The translations under genes were made by a program, and so were the position numbers. A stretch of DNA of 64,000 nt, taken from Octopus sinensis (Eukaryota). Location of the stretch: assembly GCF_006345805.1 (NCBI RefSeq), contig NC_043006.1, positions 26,040,001 through 26,104,000 of the forward strand, given 5' to 3'. Below, piece by piece: positions 54,315 to 64,000 of the stretch (the stretch's first letter is position 1; every line of letters starts with the position of its first letter). A model generated the notes under the pieces. The model was not told the DNA's origin, did not search any database, and saw nothing but the letters and a program-made list of their open reading frames with translations.

Positions 54315-54670
54315 AAGTAGCGTGCTTACCAACCATATGGTTCCGGGTTCAGTCCCACTGATTGGCACCTTGGGCAAGTGTCTTCTACTATAGCCTCAGG
54401 GCGATTAAAGCCTTGTGAGCGGATTTGGTAGATGGAAACTGAAAGAAGCCCGTCGTATATATGTGTATGTGTGTTTCCGCCCCCAACATCGCTTGACAAC
54501 CGATGCTGGTGTGTTTATGTCCCCGTAACTTAGCGGTTCGGCAAAAGAGACCGATAGAATAAGTACTAAGCTTACAAAGAATAAGTCCTGAGGTCGATTT
54601 CCTTGACTAAAGGCGGTGCTCCAGCATGGCCACAGTCAAATGACTGAACCAAGTAAACGAGTAAAGAGAG
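54315..54670 (+). mobile_element. SINE family A, remainder of the copy whose head is at 52225-52260
   Basis: Resumes exactly at the duplicated site and continues to the GTAAAGAG tail. Confidence 0.9.
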
Positions 54671-57103
54671 TGTCTAGTCTCATTCTGCATCCAATCATTA
54701 CTCAGTGAAGGCAGCTCATATCATTCTGCAGTATATCAACTTCTGTTCACACCTAAATCTTTCATTACTTCACTAGTTAGTTCACGAGTTTATGTTATGC
54801 CAGCTCTATGCAAGATATTTTGGGGAATAATGCATATGCTTCACTCTTGACCCACTAAATACAGTCAAATAGATGACTTAAATTAGCTATTCATTTGTGA
54901 TATCCCACAAGCTGTCAGACAGAACACCTGAAGATAATCATAAACCATTACCAATCATTTCAACATAACAAAATTTCCTTCAAGAAAGTAATGGGTGTTT
55001 TCATGCAGTGCATGAATAGCATGCCCAATCATCATCTAAATTTTAGTTCCTAACCACCACTTCTCAACAACAATGGCTCTTAAAGTAGTACTCCTATGTA
55101 TACGTTACCACATTTGATGTTTATGCTATTTCCAATTCCACTCAGCACACAAAGCTTGTCCCAGACCTCCTCTTCATCTCTACCTGCCTCACCATTATGA
55201 ACACACAGCTACGAAACACAAAGACTCCACAAGTCATTTTAGATATAGCTGAATGAAGTTAGTAGTGTCCTTCCCATAGCATTCAATGTGAGCCCAAGAT
55301 AGCTTCTATCCTCACCAAACTCGTTAACCTTTCCATTTTTATGCCTCACTGGAAGCACTTAATAGGAAGCCAATGTGGTTACTTAACTTGTGAGAAACAA
55401 TAACCACATTCTCTTAAATACCTCTCATTCTTAAAAAGGGCTACAATGAACAAAAACAAGGTAGAATGGTTACAATGGAATGCCTCTGAATATAGGTCTA
55501 CTCTCTCAGTACTGACTTGGGACTAAAAACAGTAAACTTAATAATGTTACATTCTATAGAATGGCAGCCTCTTACTATTGACCTGTTGAACTTACTTCCA
55601 TCATCCCAAAGGTGACAGATGTGGTTACAAACAACTTTATTGCCATATAGTTAGAGCTTCAGTGAAAGTAAAGTTATCAACAAAGCATTCAACTTCCTGG
55701 CAAAGTTACTTGCTTATGGGTACCAGCTTTCATCTTCACATACATCAACAAGGCTGTTCCACACCCACAATCTATCAACTCTGGTGCTCCACTGGTTGTT
55801 TCCTACAGTTTCCTGTCCAGATATCATCAACACATGTCAGACCAAACTAAGTAACCTGAAACCTCCAATAAATAACCATCAGCAGTACCAAGACAGGTCT
55901 CCATATATAGGCTTTACAAACTGATTTTTCATGGTTACTAGATATCTATAATATAGTTAAAACAATTCCCAAAGGCTAGGTAGGCATTCCTTTCAGGCAA
56001 AGAATTTACTCCACCCCTATATAGTTCCAGTGTCTGCATATTGTTGTTCTAAATACAGAGTTATGCTGATACATCTGCTAGACGTTCTTCAGCAAATCCA
56101 ACTGATTGGCAGTTTGCAACTCAATGCTATACTAGATCGAAGAATCCATTGACATATTATGTCCTTACTCTGTATCACCTACTTCTTTTACAATAATTCT
56201 TACCCCTCTGAAAAGTGTATCACTTAAAACCAAGCCCTCAGCACATTCAGCATTTCTATCCTCAATATAAATGTTTTACTGAAGAGGTCTGATATGACCG
56301 AAACATATCTGGAGTTGTCATCATACCTGCTAAAGACCAGACTAATTTTTCATCATGCTGCACACCAAAGCTTCAATTTTAATTAATTGAGAACCTATTT
56401 CAATTTTTTCAACAATGAGAAATATCATCTCTGCCTATCTTGGGTATATTTGTCAATGTTAACTTCTCATTAATGAAGGTGGAATCTTGATTGTTTAAAG
56501 TTTTCTTGCTTTGTAATTGTGTTTGCCCTTACTTCACTCAATGTTATACTGCATCTAGTTTGACATCTCACTTTTCCGAGTTTAAAATATGTACATATTG
56601 ACTTTGCCCTCCTCCATCTCAAGTTAATGAAATAAGTATACATAACACACTGGTATTAGTTGTAATCAAGCATACTCCTCCTGTATGTCATCAGAGGAAC
56701 ATAACAGACAGGTAATTCCGAATCAATAATGCAACAATAATCTTTAATGGTTTAGTGATAAGATTAGTATTGGGATTGTTAAAGATGGTCATAAAAATGA
56801 TGAATGAACATATGTAAAATAAATATTAATAGTATGTACATCTGCTTTAGGTTCTGGTTAAAAATTTTAAGTTTTCTGAAAACTAACAGGTATTCCATAA
56901 GAGATTATATAGCAGATAACCAACCTAGAACAGTAATATGGAGAATATTTGAAGTTTATATAGTTTTTCTGACCATGACATAATTTGACATTAAGTTATT
57001 TACTCCTAAGTTCATTCCAGAATATATGAAACACAACCATGCTTTTTTGTTATATCTAATCAAAAATATTCATAAAAATTTGCCTGAATAAATTTTTTCA
57101 AAA

Positions 57104-58075
57104 TGGCTGTGTGGTAAGTAGCTTGCTTACCAACCACATGGTCCCGGGTTCAGTCCCACTGCATGGCACCTTGGGCAAGTGTCTTCTACTATAGCCTCAA
57201 GCCGACCAAAGCCTGGTAAGTGGAATTGGTAGACAGAAACTGGAAGAAGTCCATTGTATATGTGTATATATATATATATGGTACCCACTACACATTTTTT
57301 TTCTCTCCTTGTTCCTTTCTGTGTTCCTTTCTGTGGAAGAGCGTAGGCTCGAAATGTTAAAGACTTTTTCAATTCCTAAGCATTAAACTAATACATCTGT
57401 TTGTTTTCTACACCATCTGTCTTCGTCTTTTGTTTTTTTCGTGAATTCTTCCCCTATATATATATATATATGGGACACAAAACTCTACTTGTGAAGACCT
57501 GTTGAGGCAAGTGAGGATCAGAATCGAAATCGATCAATGGAAATTGCAGCTGAGTTACCAGTGCCGGTGGCACGTAAAAAGCACCATCCGTTCGCGGCCG
57601 TTGCCAGCACCGCCCTGACTGGCCTCGTGCCGGTGGCACGTAAAAAGCACCATCCATTCGTGGCCGTTTGCCAGCTCCGTCTGGCACCTGAGCGGGTGGC
57701 ACGTAAAAAGCACCCACTACACTCATGGAGTGGTTGGCGTTAGGAAGGGCATCCAGCCGTAGAAACACTGCCAGATCAGACTGGGCCTGATGCAGCCTTC
57801 TGGCTTCCCAGACCCCAGTTGAACCGTCCAACCCATGCTAGCATGGAAAGCGGACGCTAAATGATGATGATGATGTGTGTGTGTGTGTTTTTTCCCCCCA
57901 ACATTGCTTGACAACCGATGCTGGTGTGTTTACGTACCCGTAACTTAGCAGTTCGTCAAAAGAGACCAATAGAATAAGTACTAGGCTTACAAAGAATAAA
58001 CTCTGGGGTCGATTTGCTCAACTATAAAGGTGGTGCTCTAGCATGGCTGCAGTCAAATGACTGAAAAGAGTAAAA
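57104..58075 (+). mobile_element. SINE family A split by insertions in its central microsatellite
   Basis: Head at 57104-57280, hammerhead-like/PLE-like piece at about 57290-57455, RTE 3'UTR piece at about 57470-57875, and A 3' half at 57876-58075. Confidence 0.75.
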
Positions 58076-60174
58076 ACAAATCTAGAATCATATCACTGAT
58101 GTCACAGTCATGCAATTTTGACAAGGTCGCTGTAGATATGATTAAGCCTTTTATATGTAATAAATCAAAAATGTTAATCACTGAAACTGGAGTGGGAAAT
58201 AGGAAATTAGTATAATGACTAATCCATGATGGGGATTTTAAAACATGTAACGTTTCTATAAGATTACAAATTATTGTTGCTGCAACAGTAAAAACTAGTC
58301 TTTTCCACTAGATAAACAAAGACAGAGGACAAAAAAAAATACTGATTTATGTGGCAAAAACTGAAGGAGAAAGTAATAGTTTCGTAATAGTTTCCTATAA
58401 AGACCATAGAAAATATATGTGAGAGCAAAACATCAATCCAGAGAAAATATTGCATTGTTCTGGTATCTAGTTAAGAAAAATAAAGGTTGGAGTAAAGATC
58501 TGATCAATTCTATCCAAAACAATTGCCTTCAAAAATAGATGAAAACACGTATCTTAACAAAAAACTACTACATATTCATCAGCATTAAACAACAACAACA
58601 AAAAAAAAACAGCTAAGTTAATCTCTACCTCCCAGAATAGATATAAAATTCCTCTAACACTCATCTATTTCCAAACACAAAGGATTAAACTCTGGAGTTT
58701 TTATTTATTATACATAGTTTAATAGATGAAGAGGCAGTCTGGCTAAGCAGCAAGAAACACTGTGGCCAAATAGAGTAAGAGATACAATAATTCTATTCTA
58801 TACCAAAGGGTAAAAAGGGTTCTAATTTGTAAGAAAGAGTGTTGGAAGAAATTGGGTCACTGAGGAGAATTAATTTTAAATGTTATGCACTTACTATAGG
58901 CACATCTCACAAAGGTAATGCTTTAATAAATTTTAGAGAACAAAGAATATAAAAAAGATAGGTTCTACTCAAGTGGAACCAGCTAAAGAGATTATGTGTG
59001 TGGGGGGTGAGTAATTAAGTATCTAGAAATGAAAAACTGCCAAAATACTAGAAATATTAGATCGACTTAAGTTATCTGAAGATAAGAGTCAACATCAATA
59101 ACTGGCATAACATCAGATTAAGACGGTAAAGAAAATGCCAGGTGGTTTACTGTAACTTGTATACCTTGAAGAAATTACATAGAAATTCAGGACTAACTAT
59201 AGAATATGCTTGAAAATTTTAGACCAAAAAGTGAACATCACTAAGATTTGGGCGCTGTTTAGTAGTAAGAGCCACAATAATCTAATAATATCATGGAAGT
59301 GGTTTTGCATGATATTCAAGAGGGAAAAAGAACTTGATATTGTGTAGTTAGTGAATCCGTGTTTTGTTTAGTTTGATTATATGACATGATATATACAAAG
59401 TTAAGGAGTGGAAATGAATGTCATTTATATACAAGTGTGTATTATTAGATGTGACGGCAAGAAGGCTGTTAATATAAATAAAGAGTTTGGCAGATATAAC
59501 CAAATAAAATGCTCAATTAAGTTGATAGAATGTGAAACCGAAAGAACTCGTAAAAGGAAATTTCCTCTTCTAGAGATGAAAGACCTAGGTGATAGGTTTT
59601 CATACCAGTAATAGCCGAACGATTTGCTGATGCCAAGGGCATCAACATTGTTTCCATTAAAGTTCTTAAAAGGAGGTGATCATAGGTTATGACAGGAAAG
59701 GAATCTAGCAGATCTGGCTCTACAGAAACAGTACCAATACTTAGAGAGGGGAAAAGGGATATCAATTAATAAAAAAGGGGATTGTTTATAACTTTTTTAC
59801 CTTTGCGGTGTTGAAAGAGATGGGTATAGACAGCCAAGTCACAGTTATTGCTTGGGGATAGGGGAAACATGCACACTAATCAACTGCTTCTTGAAAATGC
59901 TTAAAAGTCTATACAAGAAATGGAACAAGTTTTAAATAGGTAGGAGAAATATAAAAAAAGAACATACACAAAAGAATTAAAAAGTAAACATCTCAGAAGA
60001 ACTTTAGACTATCACAAGTTTGTTTATAAGATACACGTTTTGTGCTTGTATTATAAATCAATAGTTATTGTGGTGAGTACCATAAAATTAAGCATATATA
60101 AACTAATACATCTGTTTGTTGTTTATACATTCATCTTCGTCTTGTTTTTTTTGAAAATTCTCACTATGTGTATC

Positions 60175-60705
60175 ATCATCATCATCGTTTAGCGTCCGCT
60201 TTCCATGCTAGCATGGGTTGGACGGTTCAACTGGGGTCTGGGAAGCCAGAAGGCTGCACCAGGCCCAGTCTGATTTGGCAATGTTTCTACAGCTGGATGC
60301 CCTTCCTAATGCCAACCACTCCAAGAGTGTAGTGGGTGCTTTTTACATGCCACCGGCACAGGTGCCAGATGAGGCTAGCAAACGGCCACGATTGGATGGT
60401 GCTTTTTACATGCCACCGGCACGGAGGTCAGTCGGGGCGGCGCTGGCAACGGCCACGTTTGGATGGTTCTGTTATGTGCCACCAGCACTGGTATCACAGC
60501 TACAATTTCCATTGATGTTGATCGATTTCGATTTTGATTTTTTTTATTTGATTTTCACTTGCCTCAACAGGTCTTCACAAGTAGAGTTTTGTGTCCCAAG
60601 AAGGAAAGGTATGCATAAGTGGACTGGCTACATACCAGGTAGAGGCCACGGGTTATGGTCTCACTTGTCCTGCCGGGTCTTCTCACGCACAGCGTACTTC
60701 CAAAG

Positions 60706-60710
<5 letters not shown>
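60175..60710 (-). mobile_element. RTE-family 3'UTR copy
   Basis: Reverse complement of the 20460-21058 and 57470-57875 sequence, with (CAT)n at its left end. Confidence 0.85.
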
Positions 60711-60746
<36 letters not shown>

Positions 60747-61084
60747 CATACATACAGACAAGCAGACAGAGACAGACAGATAAATTGGTTTCTAATCCAA
60801 GATTGTTTCACACTTATGCTACTAAAATCACATCTAATCTCTCCACTAAAATACATTGACTTTTTACTATCTAAGATATTAAATACCTTACTTGTTGATA
60901 TTTGTGCTTCCTTTTCCAAGATCAATGAACTGCAAATTTACAACACTCATCTATCTACCCAACATGCCAACCATGCTCAGAACAATCCCCCTGCACTATC
61001 ACATGCTTTGCAACATGCTTCTAATAGCACACTCAAGTGCATTTAATTTATCATTTCAATTATACTTCACTTTAAAACATACTA

Positions 61085-61325
61085 GTCTGAGAGACCCCCT
61101 TCGGTCACGACACAGACCATGGGATTGCACCAAGGAAGTTACCCTCCCAGGCACAAGTTTGGGCAAGGTTGTTTATGGAAGACCAGCAGTCGCCCATGCA
61201 TACCGGCCTCCCCTCTCTACGCCACCAGTGTTATCCAAGGTAAAGGCAACGGCCGATACAACTTGGCACCTGTGATGTCGCAACTCATAACCTCAACGCT
61301 CTAACCACTGAGCCATGCGCCTTCA
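61085..61325 (-). mobile_element. SINE-like element (tRNA-like head at 61325-61295)
   Basis: Minus strand reads GCGCATGGCTCAGTGGTTAGAGCGTTG. The body is typical of RTE-mobilised SINEs. Family not assigned. Confidence 0.55.
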
Positions 61326-62259
61326 CAAAAAACACTAGTACCGCTCATCTAACTGCAAATATCCAGGGCTATGGCCAAAGCAAGAAACTTTTATGAGAAA
61401 TAAAAATATAAACAGCATAAGCTTCTTCCAAGCAAAATTAACTTTTACAACTTCTTTTACTACCACTGGTTCATTCCTTGTGTAAGGTCTACAATTGCCA
61501 CTAATTTTGTTTCTACAACTTATCCTTTTCTTACTATAAACATTACAAATTGTCCCACCAGCACTGAAGAGATTATCCTGTATGATGAGTACTAAAATAT
61601 CTTCTCTCTACCCTATATTAACTCTTATTCAGAGTTACTTCCTCTTATCTAGACAGCTTGTGATATGGCTTGTCTCACTTTACGCGTTCCAGTTTTGGTT
61701 TGGTTTCTCTTGTCAGTTGTCTTTCATATCATCAACAACTTTATAGTGTATCGGATACTGTTTTTAATGCCACCAGCACTTGTCTCATATGGGAGGACTA
61801 AAATAATCCCCTCTACCCTGTATTCATAATCATAAGTTACTGCTTTGGCGTAAAGGTTAACACAGCTATATGGTTTGCAGTAGATATAGCATTCAAATCC
61901 ACAAGTGAAATTACAACTTTTATCAACTGTCTTCTATGTTAGATACAATGAAGAACTAATTACAGAAAAATTCTTTGTGGAAACATTTTCCCTCCATCAA
62001 GCCACATGGAATTCCCTTATTTTAAATTAATATAACATCTGCAATATCTTTCATGTATATTGCCGGAGTTCAACAACTACATAATATATGTTGTAGTACT
62101 TCTTTATATCCAGCCACATTCTGAGTTCAAATCCTGTAATGTTCAAATTTACTTACAGAATAGAAAAAATTCAGTAGCAGCAATATATTGAGACCAATTC
62201 AATTCACATCATTGTCCCAATTTATGAAAAGCAATCAATATGTATGTATATATATATGC

Positions 62260-62465
62260 GTGTGTGTGTTTGTCCCCCTAGCATTGCTTGACAACTGATG
62301 CTGGTGTGTTTACGTCCCCGTCACTTAGGGGTTCGGCAAAAGAGACCGATAGAATAAGTACTGGGCTTACAAAAGAATAAGTCCCGGGGTCGAGTTGCTC
62401 GATTAAAGGCGGTGCTCCAGCATGGCCGCAGTCAAATGACTGAAACTAATAAAAGAGTAAAAGAG
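62260..62465 (+). mobile_element. SINE family A, 3' half
   Basis: Matches the 3' half of 46680-47090. Confidence 0.88.
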
Positions 62466-62629
62466 TATATGTATTTCTGAAGAGTTAATTTAAAATTTTT
62501 CACTCAATTTTGTAATTTAAGATAAAATAATTATAGATAGCATAACTATTGAGAGAAAACATCAACATCCTCAGCTGGAAAGATATGATTTATATCCAAA
62601 ACTATGTTTAAATTTTAAAAAATCTCATT

Positions 62630-63400
62630 CTCCATCAACTTCAATATTCCCCAGGGATCTATTTTGCCCTCCACTTTTCCTTCTATACAACATAGACCTA
62701 CTTGCCACTACATCCAACAACACCTATTCTTATGCAAATGACACAACTTTTCATTCTTCCCTAACCTTTGCAAATCATGTATCTCCACACGCTGAACCTG
62801 CATTGATTTCCTAAAAAGACACTTTGTGAGCATTTTCCAAGAGAGGACCATGCCAATCTTGTCTCTTCTAACATGAAAAAACACTTGAGCATTTCTCACA
62901 TCAAGAAAATACTACTCCACCTTTCCACACACAGACCACTCAAGTGTCACTGAGCTACCTACAGTCATCACTGTCACTTCCAATGCTATCACTGTCATCA
63001 CCACAAAGAAAATATTTCAGCCCCCAACAGTTGCTGACACTCAACAAGGCTCAAGTGAAGCTCGCGGTTTCCATTTGGTTACAGTGCTGCTACAACGACA
63101 ACCTAGACTACATCCAGACAAGGGCCACTAGAATGATTAATAAATCACTAACAGATATGCTCCAGCCTCTGGCAACAAACATGTTTTATCTTTATTTTTC
63201 TGTTGTAACTATAATGGCCTCTGTTTCTCAGAGCTGACTGGTCTTTCAGATACCTGCAACCCACTGGTTACAGTTGTTGCATCCAACTGCCTCCCTCCAC
63301 CAACCTCACCCTCACCATTATGCCCAGTCCTTCCTCCTCAAGACAACGGACTTATGGAACAGTGACAATCTAAACATTAATGGCATCAAGACCAGCATGT
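62630..63400 (+). mobile_element. CR1/L2-group LINE RT fragment, degenerate
   Basis: PQGSIL, YANDTTFHSS and later IQTRATRMI remnants. Confidence 0.6.
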
Positions 63401-63410
63401 TTGGAGGACT

Positions 63411-63638
63411 TTAACCCTTTTGTTACCAAACCGGCTGAAACTGGCTCTGGCTCTGAGTACAAATGTCTTGTTTTCATAAGTTTTGAATTGAAATCTTCCA
63501 CCAAACCTTAGTCACAATTTATGCTCCTAACACTAGCTGAATGATAATGAAGTTATTTTACTAAATTCTTTGTTATATTTAAAGTAATTGAAAGAAATAC
63601 AGAGCATCTCAAAATAAATAGAGTAACAAAAGGGTTAA
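63411..63638. mobile_element. TTAA-flanked MITE, second family
   Basis: TTAACCCTTTTGTTAC...GTAACAAAAGGGTTAA. Confidence 0.85.
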
Positions 63639-64000
63639 AGATCATAGACACTGCCTCTTCCTCCAGACTCAACAAGTTAAAAAAAAATAAAATCAGAGAA
63701 AGATATACCAAAGCATATCCAAAAAAGAACTACAATCAAAATTATTTTTGGAAGGCATTTATATAGCTATTCTATGATGGAACTCATATAGGTTCTTATC
63801 AAAACAAAATTATTAGACTGTAACGAGGAAATCACCTTTCTAAAAAAAGAAAAAGGAAAACTGCCGACAAGGTAGTCACGATGTGATTGTTTTGACTACA
63901 AATAGCAGCTAAATCTCCCTCAAATCATACTTTACTATGCTGAAAAATGGACTGTTAATTTAATGCAGTCTTGCATTATTCCTGAAAAGCTGAACACTTT

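Noticed and set aside
57561-57715. Repeat-spacer-like periodicity suggesting a CRISPR array
   Set aside because: The context is eukaryotic, the spacers are mutually similar, and the array is part of an RTE 3'UTR present in several copies.
58750-59900. Purine-rich stretch faintly resembling a decayed L1/Tx1 ORF2
   Set aside because: No diagnostic motif could be recovered by eye. A translated HMM search is needed.

Overview
Repeat-rich, AT-rich eukaryotic genomic DNA, most likely from an octopus (coleoid cephalopod); this is inferred from the tRNA-derived SINE families and microsatellite style. The one host gene I can support is a Ral-family small GTPase on the minus strand. Its coding exons, spliced by hand from GT/AG sites, are 29880-29773, 21436-21228 and 16963-16789, followed by a terminal exon. 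None of the real exons appears in the supplied ORF track in its coding frame. The main result is that there are two paralogous, in-frame terminal exons: 12340-12200 (VFYNLL...KKKCTIL*) and 9868-9755 (VFYDLM...KKKCIIL*). Each has its own acceptor and CaaX box, predicting 210-aa and 201-aa Ral isoforms that differ only in the hypervariable tail, as in KRAS4A/4B. The rest is a dense fossil record of mobile elements: two mariners, a pogo-like element, a Gypsy relic with a tRNA-Trp-type PBS, R4/Dong, RTE and CR1/L2 LINE pieces, Helitron Rep and helicase fragments, three SINE families, and palindromic and TTAA-type MITEs. There are also hammerhead-like motifs and an ORF1-only Tx1/L1-like retroelement inserted into a SINE head with a 16-bp target-site duplication. 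All element family names come from motif recognition by eye and need database confirmation.
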